This document shows positions 41,639-52,367 of a stretch of DNA of 64,000 nucleotides, piece by piece. The notes under the pieces were generated by a model. It saw only the letters and a program-made list of their open reading frames with translations. It was not told the origin of the DNA and did no database searches. Location: contig CAVYFW010000014.1 of the NCBI GenBank assembly GCA_963767885.1, forward strand, positions 24,420 through 88,419, read 5' to 3'. Within the stretch, counting starts at the first letter, position 1. Every line of letters begins with the position of its first letter. This DNA is from an uncultured Actinomycetota bacterium. Lineage in GTDB: Bacteria > Actinomycetota > Thermoleophilia > Gaiellales > F1-60-MAGs149. The position numbers and the translations under genes were made by a program.

Positions 41639-42803
41639 TCAGCGGACGAGCCGGAAGAACGCGCGCAGCTCCTCGACGAACAGGGCGGGCTGCTCGAACG
41701 CCGCGAAGTGCCCGCCGCGCGGCGGCTCGCCCCAGTGGCGGATGTCGGTGAAGCGGCGCTCGGCCCAGCGACGCGACGCGCGCGGGTTCTCGCGCGGGAA
41801 GATCGAGCAGCCCGCGGGCACGGCGACGACGTCGGCGTTCGCCCGCGTGAAGATCGCCTCCACGTCGCGGATGCTCTCCCAGTAGAGGCGCGCCGCGGAG
41901 GCTCCCGTCCCGGGCAGCCAGTAGAGCATCACGTTGTCGAGCAGGTCGTCCGGGCCCAGCACCTCGTCGAGGTGGGTCTCGTAGTCGCACCACGCCCAGA
42001 ACCGCTCCGCGATCCACGCGCACAGGAACGCCGGCGAGTCGACCAGCGCGTAGCCGATGGTCTGCGGCGTCGTCGCCTGCACCTCGGTGTAGCCCGAGCC
42101 CGCGGCGCGGGCGGCGGCGAGGTCGGCGAGCGCGGCGCGCTCCGCATCCGTCGGCGCGTCCAGGGTCGCCGGATCGGGCGCGGCGAGCGGCGGGATCAGG
42201 TGGATGCCGGCGAGGTGGGCGGGGTCGTGCAGGCCGATGGCGGCCGAGATGCTCGTGCCCCAGTCGCTGCCGGCCGCGCCGTAGCGGTCGTAGCCCAGCC
42301 GCGCCATCAGCGTGCTCCAGGCGCGCGCGATGCGCTCGACGCCCCACCCCGCGCTGCGCCGGCCGGTCGCTGAAGCCGTACCCGGGGAGCGACGGGCAGA
42401 CGACGTGGAAGGCGTCGGCCGCGTCGCCGCCGTGCGCGGGCGGGTCGGCGAGCGGCCCGAGCACGCGCAGGAGCTCGACGACCGAGCCGGGCCAGCCGTG
42501 GGTCAGCACCAGCGGCAGCGCCTCGGGGTGCGGCGAGCGGGCGTGCAGGAAGTGGATGCCGAGCCCGTCGAGCTCGGTGCGGAACTGCGGCGCCGCGTTC
42601 AGCCGCGCCTCGGTGGCCCGCCAGTCGTAGCCGCCGGCCCAGCGCGCGCAGAGCCCCTGCAGGTACGCCAGCGGGACGCCCTGCGACCAGTCGCCGACCG
42701 TCTCGCGCTCCGGCCACCGCGTGCGTCGCAGCCGCTCGCGCAGGTCGCGCAGCGCGTCCTCGGGGACGTCGAGGGCGAACGGCGTGACGGCATCGGCGGC
42801 CAC
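41639..42803 (-). CDS. Epoxide hydrolase, EHN + alpha/beta hydrolase (frameshift near 42355)
   Basis: RLRRTRWP, YDWR, LTHGWPGS, PSLPGYGFS, GSDWG, GGHFAAFEQP. Confidence 0.9.
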
Positions 42804-42812
42804 GCCGCGGAG

Positions 42813-43933
42813 CTACCCGACCGGGGCCGCAGCCACGCCCGCGCGCCGCCGCGCGAGGGCCGCGACGGCCGCCGCCGCGCGCGGGCCGGCGTGGCCGTCC
42901 CAGAGCGGGATCGGCGGCGGCGCGGGACGGCGCGGCGCGGCGAGCTCGGCCGCGATCGCGCCGCCGAGCGCCACCGGGTCGATGCCGACGAGGCGGTTCG
43001 TGCCGAGCGCACAGGTGACGGGCCGCTCGGTCGTGCTGCGGAAGGTCAGGCAGGGCACGCCGAGCGCCGACGTCTCCTCCTGCAGGCCGCCGGAGTCGGT
43101 CACCACCAGCCGCGCCTCGGCCTCGAGGGCGATGAAGTCGAGGTAGTCGAGCGGCTCGAGCAGCGCGCACCGCCCTCGGCGCCAGGCCGGCGTCGTCCAG
43201 CCGCGCCCGCGTGCGCGGGTGCACGGGGAAGACGACCGGCAGCTGCGCGGCGGCGGTGTCCAGGACGTCCAGGACGGCAGCCAGGCGGGCGGGCTCGTCG
43301 ACCAGCGAGGGTCGGTGCAGCGTCACCAGCACGAAGCCGTTGGGCCGCAGGCCGAGCCGCTCGACGGCGCCGGTGGCGCGGGCCGCCGGCAGCAGGTGCA
43401 GGAGGCTGTCGATCATGGTGTTGCCGACGAGCGCGATGGCGGCGTCCGGCACGCCCTCGCGGCGCAGGTTGTCGACCGCGTCGTCGCAGTGCACCAGCAG
43501 GAGCTCGGCCAGGCGGTCGGTGATGATGCGGTTGATCTCCTCCGGCATCGTGCGATCGCCGGAGCGCAGGCCCGCCTCGAGGTGCGCGACGGGCACGCCG
43601 AGCTTGGCGGCGGCCAGGGTGGCGCCGAGCGTCGAGTTGACGTCGCCGGGCACGACGATGGCGGCCGGCGGGTCGGGTGCCAGCACCGCCTCGACGCCGC
43701 GCGATGACGGCGGCGGTCTGCGCGGCCTGCGTGCCCGAGCCGACGCCGAGGTGGTGGGTCGGCTCCGGCAGGCCGAGCTGCTCCAGGAACGTGCCGGACA
43801 GCGAGCGGTCGTAGTGCTGGCCCGTGTGCAGGATCTCGACGGCGATGTCGGGCTCCGCGCGCAGGGCGTCGCAGACCGGTGCGACCTTGACGAAGTTCGG
43901 CCGCGCGCCGACGACGACCACCACCCGCTGCAC
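42813..43933 (-). CDS. wecB: Non-hydrolysing UDP-N-acetylglucosamine 2-epimerase (frameshifts near 43700 and 43170)
   Basis: VGARPNFVK, HTGQHYD, GDVNST, HLEAGLRS, MPEEINR, TLHRP, TDSGGLQEE, TERP. Confidence 0.92.
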
Positions 43934-44197
43934 GGGCGTGAAGCTAGCCGCGAGGCCGCGTGATGTCGACGACGGCAGGCGTGGCCAGGTCGTACCGGGT
44001 CACGTTGGTCGTCGACGCACCGCCGCGGGCGCCGAGCCGTGTGGTCGTCGAGAAGAGCACGTTCGCCAAAGTACCACAGGCCCTCACGCGTTCCCGGCGG
44101 GCCCGGCCGCACCGTCGGCGTGCCACCGCACCATCGGGCGGGAATAGGCCGCGACCCGCCGGCAGGAGCGCGTTCGCGCCGCGGGTACGCTGCGTCG

Positions 44198-45679
44198 GTG
44201 GAACGCGCCGCCCGCCACCTGCGCCTGCTCTCCGAGACCGTCGCGCTCGTCACGAGCTCGCTCGACCTGGTGGAGGTCACGCGCACCGTCGCCCACGCCG
44301 TCGCGCGTGCCCTCGAGACCGACGCGTGCTTCGTCTACGTGTACGACGAGGCCGCCGGCGAGCTCGTGCTGATGGCCGTCTACGGCACCACCCTCGCGAC
44401 GGCCACCGCGCCGCCGCGCATGAAGCCGGGCGAGGGCCTCACGGGCTACGCCGCCGCCATGCGCGAGCCCGTCGCCGTCGCCGAGAACGCGCACCTCGAT
44501 CCGCGCTTCAAGGCCTTCCCGAACCTGCCCGAGGAGCGCTTCCAGTCGCTGCTCGCGGTGCCCATGGTCGACCGCCGCGAGCGCCTGCTCGGCGCGATGA
44601 ACGTGCGCACCGTGCGGCCGCGCGAGTACGACGACGACGAGGTCGGCCTGCTGACGACGATCGCCGCGCAGGTCGCCCAGGCGATCGAGAACGCCCGCCT
44701 GTACGAGCGCGCGCAGCGGCGGGTGGCGGAGCTCGAGGCGCTGGCCCGCATCTCGGAGGCGGTCTCGCAGTCGCTGTACCAGGAGGAGGCGCTGGAGGCG
44801 ATCGTGCAGACGGCGGCCACGGCGGCGCACGCGAACTGCTGCGCGCTCGTGCTCGACGGGCCGACCGGCGCCACGGTCGCGCGCCGCTCGTCGCCCGAGG
44901 GGCCCGACGACGAGGAGCTGGTGGCGGTCGCCGGCGACGCCCCCGTCGACGCGCCGGGCCGCGTGGCGGTGCCGCTGGTGTGGAAGGCGCGGCGGATCGG
45001 CGCGCTGGTCTGCACCAAGGCGGGCCGGCGTCGCTTCACCCGCGAGGAGCGGACGCTGCTCGAGTCCGTGGCCCACCAGGCGGCGACGGCGGTCGAGTCC
45101 GGCCGCGGCGTGATGCGCGGCATCGTGGCCCAGGAGATCCACCACCGGGTCAAGAACAACCTGCAGACGGTGGCGTCGCTGCTGCGCCTGCGCGCGGCGG
45201 GGGCCAGCGACCCGCAGCGCGCGCTCGCCGACTCGGTCGACCGCATCCTCTCGATCGCGGAGGTGCACGACCTCGCGACGGCCAGCCGCGAGGGCGACGT
45301 CGACCTCGCCGACCTCGTGCGGCGGCTCGCGGCGATGCTCGGCCACGGGCTCGGCGCGGCCCCGGCGGACGCGGAGCTCCAGGTCGTTCAGGTAGCTGGT
45401 GACGTCGCGACGCCCGTCGCCCTCATATTCTGTGAGCTCTACGCGAATGCGCTCGAGCACGGCGGCGGTGAGGTCTCCGTGCGGCTCGACGAGGGGCCGG
45501 GCGGCGTGGAGATCGAGGTGCGCGACCAGGGGCCCGGGCTGCCACCGGACTTCGACCCCCAGCGCAGCCTCGGTCTGAAGATCGCGCACGCACTCGCCGA
45601 GAGCGATCTCGGCGGCAAGCTCACCCTCGGCGACGGCCGCCCCGGCGTTCGCGCCATCCTCACCTGGAGACCACGATGA
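44198..45679 (+). CDS. Soluble GAF-GAF sensor histidine kinase, HisKA_2 type (PdtaS/EutW-like)
   Basis: Two GAF-like regions, EIHHRVKNNLQTVASLL, ELYANALEHG, DQGPG, SLGLKI; no TM. Confidence 0.88.
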   Translation: MERAARHLRLLSETVALVTSSLDLVEVTRTVAHAVARALETDACFVYVYDEAAGELVLMAVYGTTLATATAPPRMKPGEGLTGYAAAMREPVAVAENAHLDPRFKAFPNLPEERFQSLLAVPMVDRRERLLGAMNVRTVRPREYDDDEVGLLTTIAAQVAQAIENARLYERAQRRVAELEALARISEAVSQSLYQEEALEAIVQTAATAAHANCCALVLDGPTGATVARRSSPEGPDDEELVAVAGDAPVDAPGRVAVPLVWKARRIGALVCTKAGRRRFTREERTLLESVAHQAATAVESGRGVMRGIVAQEIHHRVKNNLQTVASLLRLRAAGASDPQRALADSVDRILSIAEVHDLATASREGDVDLADLVRRLAAMLGHGLGAAPADAELQVVQVAGDVATPVALIFCELYANALEHGGGEVSVRLDEGPGGVEIEVRDQGPGLPPDFDPQRSLGLKIAHALAESDLGGKLTLGDGRPGVRAILTWRPR

Positions 45680-46248
45680 AGGTTCTGATCGCCGAAGACG
45701 AGACGATCATCCGGCTCGACCTGAAGACGCTCCTGGAGCGCGCGGGGCACGAGGTCGTCGGCGAGGCCAAGGACGGGTCGGAGGCGGTCGCGCTCGCGGA
45801 GCAGCTGCCGATCGACCTGATCGTGATGGACGTGAAGATGCCGCAGGTCGACGGCATCGAGGCGGCGCGGCGCATCCTCGCGACGCGGCCGCTGCCGATC
45901 GTGATGCTGACGGCGTACGCGCAGACCGACCTCGTCGAGCGCGCGGCCGACGCCGGCGCCTTCGGCTACCTCGTGAAGCCGTTCCGCGAGGCCGACCTGC
46001 TGCCCGCGATGCAGACGGCCCGCGCGCGCTTCGAGGAGCTGCAGGCGGTGCGCACCGAGGTCGCGTCGCTGCAGGAGGCGCTCGAGGCGCGCAAGGTGAT
46101 CGAGCGCGCGAAGGGCATCCTCATGGCGCGCGACGACCTCAGCGAGCAGGAGGCGTTCGCGCGCATCCGCAAGGCGAGCCAGGTCGCGGGCCGCCCGATG
46201 CGCGTCATCGCCGAGGCGCTGATCGCGACGTACGGGGACGGGTCGTAG
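45676..46248 (+). CDS. ANTAR-domain response regulator (PdtaR/EutV-like)
   Basis: AEDETIIRLDL, MDVKMP, YLVKPF, RKVIERAKGILM...SEQEAF; ATGA overlap with the kinase. Confidence 0.92.
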   Translation: MKVLIAEDETIIRLDLKTLLERAGHEVVGEAKDGSEAVALAEQLPIDLIVMDVKMPQVDGIEAARRILATRPLPIVMLTAYAQTDLVERAADAGAFGYLVKPFREADLLPAMQTARARFEELQAVRTEVASLQEALEARKVIERAKGILMARDDLSEQEAFARIRKASQVAGRPMRVIAEALIATYGDGS

Positions 46249-46277
46249 GGCTAGGCGTAGGACCTACGCGCCTGCAG

Positions 46278-46892
46278 CTAGGCGGCGTGGCGGCGGCCCG
46301 TCGTGCGGACCGTGTGCATGCCGCCGCCGGTGCCGGTCTGGCGCTCCTTCGCGACGTCGGCGAGCCGCGACGCGACGTCCTGCACCTGGCGCGGCGAGAG
46401 CACGCTGCGCCGCGAGGCCTCCAGCGAGCGGGCCTCGGCGCGGGCGCGCTCGAGGGCCTCGGCGCTCGTGGAGTCGACCCGCTCGCTGTGGCGCTGCACG
46501 AAGCGGTGCACGGCGACGAGGTCGTGCTCGCCGATGACGGCGATGCCCTCGCGGGCGGCGCGGGCCAGGGCGCGGCGGCTCGGCTCCTCGCCGACCACCA
46601 GCATGTCCCAGTCCTCCGCGTAGCCGACCTGCGTGGCGCCGCACGCGTTGATCATCGACCCCAGCAGCGCGGTGCCGTGCTCCGTCCGCCCGCTGACGGC
46701 GATGCGGCGCCGGGCCAGCGAGGCGCGGGCGCGGCGGGCGGTCTCGTGCTGCTCGTGGAGCTGGCGGATCGCCCCCAGGAACGACGGGCGGCTGCCCGCG
46801 CGCAGCACGCGCTGAGCCGTCGCGCCCGGAGCGTCGATGAGGCTCGCGAGGTCGTCGGGGGTGTTGCCGGCGGGAGGGAGCGCGTCGGACAT
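46278..46892 (-). CDS. Hypothetical protein with degenerate BRCT-like domain (paralogue of 39299..40133)
   Basis: IAVSGRTEHGTALLGSMINACGATQVGYAEDWDMLVVGEEPSRRALARAAREGIAVIGEHDL. Confidence 0.6.
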   Translation of the reverse strand: MSDALPPAGNTPDDLASLIDAPGATAQRVLRAGSRPSFLGAIRQLHEQHETARRARASLARRRIAVSGRTEHGTALLGSMINACGATQVGYAEDWDMLVVGEEPSRRALARAAREGIAVIGEHDLVAVHRFVQRHSERVDSTSAEALERARAEARSLEASRRSVLSPRQVQDVASRLADVAKERQTGTGGGMHTVRTTGRRHAA

Positions 46893-47003
46893 GGTGATGA
46901 GGGGTACGCGGCAGGAGGGAGCCCTGCCTCGTGCCTTCTACGTCGGGTGGCAGGTCCGGGCGAAGCATCCCCCGACATCGTGATCCGCCTATCCTTCGAG
47001 ACG

Positions 47004-47294
47004 ATGGCCGTCGACGTCCCGGTTCGCGATCCGCGCACCGCCGGTCCCGGCTCCGGCAGCGACGAGAAGTGGCGCGTGATCGTCCTCAACGACGATCACA
47101 ACACCTTCGAGGGCGTCGCCGCGGCGCTGGCGTCCACGCTGCCCGGCATCACGTACGAGCGCGGCATGGCGCTGGCCACCGCGATCCACAACCGCGGCCT
47201 CGCGGTCGTGTGGTCGGGCCATCGCGAGCAGGCCGAGCTGTACTGGGAGATGCTGAAGGACTACGGCCTGACGATGGCGCCGCTCGAGCGCTAG
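47004..47294 (+). CDS. clpS: ATP-dependent Clp protease adaptor ClpS
   Basis: WRVIVLNDDHNTFEGV, IHNRGLAVVW, EQAELY. Confidence 0.9.
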   Translation: MAVDVPVRDPRTAGPGSGSDEKWRVIVLNDDHNTFEGVAAALASTLPGITYERGMALATAIHNRGLAVVWSGHREQAELYWEMLKDYGLTMAPLER

Positions 47295-47479
47295 CGGCGC
47301 AGCACCTTCACGAGCACGAGCGCACCGAGCACGCCCGCGGCGATCGGGCCGTACTTCTTGGCCGCGGAGATCCCCTCCGCCTTGGCGAGCTGGACGGTGT
47401 CGCCGAGCTCGCCGACGGTGGCCACGAGGCTCTCGCGCGCGACGCGCGCCTCCTCGCGGAGCTGGTCGGAGCTGGTCAC
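47291..47479 (-). CDS. Small DUF3618-like membrane protein
   Basis: DQLREEARVARESLVATVGEL plus C-terminal TM; GTGA overlap with the upstream gene. Confidence 0.65.
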   Translation of the reverse strand: MTSSDQLREEARVARESLVATVGELGDTVQLAKAEGISAAKKYGPIAAGVLGALVLVKVLRR

Positions 47480-47868
47480 GAGGTCGCTGCCTCCTTGATC
47501 TCGTCCGGCAGCGGCTGCACGGTCTCGATCGCCTTCTGGGGGATCGGGGGCCCGGCCTTCTTCGCGCTTCGCAGGCCGATGAACGCCAGCAGGCCGGCGA
47601 TCGCGATGAACACGAACATCACGATGAGCGCGCCGGCCCAGATCGGCAGCCACTCGCCGATGGCCCAGATCAGCGCGATCAGCAGGCAGAACACGGAGAA
47701 GAACAGCAGCACGCCGGCCGTGATGAAGAAGACGGCGCCCTTGGCGGCCGCCTTGCCCTTCTCGACCATCTCGGTCTTGGCGAGCTCGATCTCGAGCCGC
47801 ACGAGCGTCTGCATCTGCTCGGACATCTTCCCGACCGTGTCCTGCAGCCTGTCCACCACCTCGCGCAT
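47476..47868 (-). CDS. Holin superfamily III (YqjE-like) membrane protein
   Basis: LVRLEIELAKTEM, two TM helices, PPIPQKAIETV. Confidence 0.8.
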   Translation of the reverse strand: MREVVDRLQDTVGKMSEQMQTLVRLEIELAKTEMVEKGKAAAKGAVFFITAGVLLFFSVFCLLIALIWAIGEWLPIWAGALIVMFVFIAIAGLLAFIGLRSAKKAGPPIPQKAIETVQPLPDEIKEAATS

Positions 47869-47878
47869 GGCGCGGATA

Positions 47879-49800
47879 CTACCCCGCTTCCTCCGCGGTC
47901 ATGCTCGCCTCCTCCCATTCGCGCATGAGCCAGGTCAGCTCCTCCTGCTTCTCCCGGTGCTGCGCGGCGGCGTGCGAGACGAGATCGCGGTCGGTGGCGA
48001 CCGCGGGATCGGCGAGATCGCGCTCCAGCGCGGCGACCTCCTCCTCCAGCGTCGCGATGCGCCCCTCGAGCTCCCGGATGCGGCGCACGAGCCGCTGCGG
48101 CGGCCGCCGCGCGGACGTCCGCGGCTGCGCGGCCGGGCGCGTCTCGGCCGGGCGCGGGGCGGGCTTCGGCGCCGGCTTCACGGGCTCGGCGGGCGGCGCC
48201 TGCGCGGATACCGCCGCGAGGTAGTCGTTGTAGTCGCCGGGCCGCAGCACGAGGCGGTGACGCTCGACGCTGAGCGTCTCGTCCGCGACGGCGTCGATCA
48301 GCGCCCGGTCGTGCGAGACGAACAGGATCGTGCCGTCGAAGGCGTCGAGCGCCTCCTCCAGCGCCTCGCGGCTCTCGATGTCGAGGTGGTTGGTCGGCTC
48401 GTCGAGCACCAGGGTGTTGGCGCCCGAGGCCACCAGACGGGCCAGGCTGAGGCGCCGCCGCTCGCCGCCCGACAGCACGCCGACGCGCCGCTCGACGGTG
48501 TCGCCGCCGAACAGGAAGCGGCCCAGCAGGTTGCGCGCCTGGCCCTGGTTGAGGGCGGTGCCGAGGCACATCGCCTCCAGCACGGTGGCGTTCTCGGGCA
48601 GCTCCTCGACGTGCTGCGAGAAGTACGCGAGCTCGGCGTTGTGCCCGAGCTTGATGCGGCCTGCGGCGGGGCGGCGCTGGCCGAGCAGCGTCTCGATCAG
48701 GGTCGTCTTGCCCGGAGCCGTTGGGCCCGATGACGGCGACGCGCGCACCCCGCTCCAGCGCGAACGACGCGTCCTCGACCAGCGGCTTGTCGCCCGCCAC
48801 CAGCCGCAGGTCGTCGGCCTCCAGCACGATGCGCCCGGGCCGCGTCGTCTTGGGGAAGCCGAACGCCAGCGACTTCTCGCCGCGCGGCTTCTCGACGCGC
48901 TCCATGCGCCCGAGGCGCTTCTCCACCGACTTGGCCTGGCGCGCACGCGTGCCGGCCTTGAACTTCGCGACGAACCGCTCCAGCCGCTGGATCTCCTCCT
49001 GCTGGCGCTCCCACGCCCCGGCCTGCGTCTCCAGCTGCTGCGCCTTCTCGCGGCGGTAGGCGGAGTACCCCATCGCGTAGACCTTCGACCGGCCGAGCTC
49101 GAGCTCCAGCACGCCGTTGGCCACCGACTCCAGGAACCAGCGGTCGTGCGACACGAGCAGCACGGAGGCGTCGAGGGACTGCACCTCGCGCTCCAGCCAC
49201 TCCAGCGACGCGAGGTCGAGGTGGTTCGTCGGCTCGTCGAGCAGCAGCACGTCCGGCCGGGCCGCGAGCGCCCGGGCCAGCGAGGCGCGCGTCAGCTCGC
49301 CGCCGGAGAACGTGTCGAGCGGCCGCGGCGAGGTCGGCGTGCGCGAAGCCGAGGCCGCGCAGGATCGACTCGATGCGCGTGCGCCACTCGTAGCCGCCGG
49401 CCGCCTCCAGCGCGGCCTGGGCGCTCGCGTAGTCGCGCAGCGTGTCCTCGTCGTGCGCGCCGCCGGCCATGCGCGCCTCGAGCTCGGCCAGGCGCGCCTC
49501 GGCCGCGTGCACGTCGGCCAGCGACTCGGCGACGTAGGCCTCGAGGGTGCGGCCCGACGAGCGCGGCGGGCGCTGGTCGTGCAGCGCCAGGCGCAGGCTG
49601 CGCGAGCGGGCGATCTCGCCGCCGTCGGCGCTGATCTCGCCTGCGAGGATGCGCAGCAGGGTCGTCTTGCCGGAGCCGTTGCGGCCGACCAGGGCCAGGC
49701 GCTGCCCCGGCGTGAGGCGGAACGCGACGTCCTTGAAGAGCTCGTGCCCGCCGTAGGCCTTGGCGATCCCGCTGACGTGGAGGGTGGCCACGGGCGACAT
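47879..49800 (-). CDS. ABC-F family ATPase (frameshifts near 49330 and 48712)
   Basis: Two ABC cassettes: GRNGSGKTT / FSGGE / DEPTNHLD / SHDR and GPNGSGKTT / LSGGE / DEPTNHLD / SHDR; C-terminal coiled coil. Confidence 0.9.
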
Positions 49801-49814
49801 CGTAGGATCCCCCG

Positions 49815-50363
49815 GTGGGCGACCTCGCCACGCTGGAGGAGCTCTGCGCCGGACGTCGCGAGACGCCGGACGCCGTGCGGGAGCTGATCGCGGCGGGCCG
49901 GCTGCCGGCGGCGTCGGCCGTCGGCGCGGACGGCGTCGAGCGCTTCCCGCGCGACTACTTCGCGCTGCTCGACGACGCCGGCTCGGTCGACGCCCTGCGC
50001 GACCGCTTCGAGGCGCGCTACGTCGTCGCCGCGGACACCTACGGCGCGGTGGCCGGCCCGGACGAGCTCGACGACGCCTGGTACGACTACCTGGCCGGCC
50101 GCTACGGCGCGCTGTACCTCGACGCGGAGCCGGAGAGCGCCGTCCGCGCCGCCCGCCTGAGCGCCTCGATCGAGCGCCTGCTCGCGGCGCCCGAGCCCGA
50201 CGACTGGCGCTGGCTCGATCGCCTGGCCGGCCGGGTGCGGGCGCTCGCCGCGACCGTCCGGCCGGACGCCCCGGGGGACGAGGACGAGCCGAGCCTCTAC
50301 GAGCGCCTGGTGCGCGGCGTGCAGGCGGCCTACCCCGCGGCCTTCGCCGAGCGGCCCGGCTAG
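49815..50363 (+). CDS. Hypothetical protein (DUF6058-like)
   Basis: TLEELCAGR, LIAAGRLP, WYDYLAGRYG; family recalled from motif pattern only. Confidence 0.55.
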   Translation: MGDLATLEELCAGRRETPDAVRELIAAGRLPAASAVGADGVERFPRDYFALLDDAGSVDALRDRFEARYVVAADTYGAVAGPDELDDAWYDYLAGRYGALYLDAEPESAVRAARLSASIERLLAAPEPDDWRWLDRLAGRVRALAATVRPDAPGDEDEPSLYERLVRGVQAAYPAAFAERPG

Positions 50364-51182
50364 CTCGCCGCCGTCGCGGCGCGGGCACGGCGCTCGAAGA
50401 GCTCCTGCAGCCGGCGGGTCGCACGGGCCCGCCGCCCCGTCGCCGAGCGGCGCGCCGTCGAGGCGGACGAGCGGCACGACCGGCTCCGAGGTCGCCGAGA
50501 CGAAGGCCTCCGGCGCGGACGCCAGCACGCCGCGCGGCAGGGAGCGCTCGTCGACCGCGAGCCCGTCCTCCCGCGCCCAGTGCAGGAGCTCGCCGCGCGT
50601 CACGCCCGCGAGCGCGCCGTCGGCGAGCGGCGGGGTCACCAGCACGCCGTCGACGACCGCGAAGACGTTGGCGGCGAGCGCCTCCGCGACGTTGCCCTCG
50701 GGCGTCAGCCAGAGGCCGGTGTCCGCGCCGGCCGCCCGGGCGTGCGCGAGGCCGACGCGCGAGGCGGCCGTCGACGTCGCCTTGACGCCCGCGGTCGGAC
50801 CGTCGGCGCGCCGCGGCCACGGCAGGCAGACGGCGGCGATGCCGCGCTCGCGGTCGGCGCTCCGGTCGGGCAGTGGATCCGCCGAGACCACGCGCGTGCC
50901 GCCGGCCGTCAGCACGATGCGGATGCGCGTCTCACCGCCGTGGCCGAGGCGCGCGACGGCCTCCGGCACCTCGGCGGCGAGGGCCTCCACGGGGCAGTCG
51001 ATGGCCAGCGCGGCGGCGCCGGCGGCGAGGCGCTCCAGGTGGCGGTCGAGCGCGAACGGCACGCCGCCGTAGGTGCGGATGGACTCGTAGACGCCGTGGC
51101 CGAGCAGGCCCGCGTCGAGGGCGGGGACGGCTGGCTCGCCGGCACCGACGGGGCGGCCGTTGACGAGGATGGCCACGGGCAT
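50360..51182 (-). CDS. Class IV PLP aminotransferase / aminodeoxychorismate lyase-like (frameshift near 50430)
   Basis: GHGVYESIR, HLERL, GVK, EALAANVF, LAGVTR, EAFVS. Confidence 0.85.
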
Positions 51183-51246
51183 GCCGGATAGGGTGCCGGA
51201 CCGGCGTCGGCGTTTGGCGCCGCCCGATCCTGGAGACAAAACGCAC

Positions 51247-51548
51247 GTGGCCTCCGCTGACGTCCACGACGACGTTCCGGACGTTCCGCGGGAGTCGCGA
51301 CGCGAGCACGCCCGGCGCATGGGCAGCCGCGCGAAGCTCTACGCTGTCGCTGATCGTGCTGGCTGCGCTGGTGCTGGTGATCGTCCTGCTCGCGCTGGAC
51401 AACCGCAACGACGCGCAGCTCTCCTGGGTCGTCGGCGACACGAACGGCGCCGGTCGTCTGGATCGTGCTCTTCTCGGCCATCGTCGGTTGGGTCGCGGGC
51501 GTCGTCACGCACATGCTCATCCGCCGCCGCACGCGCGCGCCGCACTAG
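51247..51548 (+). CDS. Small LapA/DUF1049-like membrane protein (frameshifted)
   Basis: RAKLYAV / LAALVLVIVLLALDNRNDAQLSWV / VWIVLFSAIVGWVAG spread across shifted frames. Confidence 0.55.
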
Positions 51549-52284
51549 CCGTAGCGCGGTACGCGAGCAGCTTCGACGGCGCGTCGTCGAGCAGCTTCGG
51601 CGTCGCCGTCTTCCACAGCACGCGGTACTGGCCGAGCTTCGGCGCGATCGTCTCGAAGGTGACGTAGGGGCTCGCGCCGATGCGCTTGCCGGCGACCGTC
51701 ACGAAGCCCGCGCCGGCCTTGCGCTGCAGGAACAGCCGGCCCTTGCGGATGCCGGGCGAGTCGTCGACGACGGCGTTGAAGCGGATGACGAGGCGCCCGT
51801 CGAGCAGGCGGCCGCCGGTGTAGACGTCGCGCAGCTCGACCCACGGGCGCACGCGCAGCTCGACCGGCGCGCTGATGGTGTCGGCCGCGATCGGGTGCTC
51901 GACGTCGCTCGTGTCCTTCTCGATGACGACGCGCACGCGCACGTGCTGGCGCGGCGAGGCGCCGGTGGAGAAGGTGCCGTCGTCGTCGGCGACGCAGTCG
52001 TCCTCGCGGCGCTCCGTGCCGGTCGCGAGGTTGCGGATCAGCAGGTGGCACTGCGCGCCGTAGGGGATCGCGCCGAGGTCGTCGCGGAAGGTGCCGGTGA
52101 GCCCGACGCCGCGCTCGCTCGTGACGTGCCAGCGCGGCACGCCGTCGCGCGCGTGCCCGAAGGCCTCGGCGGCGTCGTCGCCGCCGCCGGCACGGACCTG
52201 GAGATCGACGGTGGCGGCCCCGGCGGCGGCGGGCGCGGCGAGGCTGGCGAGAACGGCGGTGGTGGCAAGCAGGCGGCGGGTCAT
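51517..52284 (-). CDS. Hypothetical secreted protein
   Basis: Signal peptide MTRRLLATTAVLASLAAPAAAGA; beta-rich; 3' end uncertain. Confidence 0.65.
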   Translation of the reverse strand: MTRRLLATTAVLASLAAPAAAGAATVDLQVRAGGGDDAAEAFGHARDGVPRWHVTSERGVGLTGTFRDDLGAIPYGAQCHLLIRNLATGTERREDDCVADDDGTFSTGASPRQHVRVRVVIEKDTSDVEHPIAADTISAPVELRVRPWVELRDVYTGGRLLDGRLVIRFNAVVDDSPGIRKGRLFLQRKAGAGFVTVAGKRIGASPYVTFETIAPKLGQYRVLWKTATPKLLDDAPSKLLAYRATASAARACGGG

Positions 52285-52367
52285 GGCTCGACGGTAGGCG
52301 GCGCTCGTGCGCGCGGGATCCGGGAGCTCCCCGGGAATCGCGCCTCGGTACGATGCGACCCGGCTCC

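Noticed and set aside
47291-47868. Holin-family gene as evidence for a prophage
   Set aside because: This holin-like + DUF3618 pair is a common chromosomal module in Actinobacteria; no phage structural, lysin or integrase genes nearby
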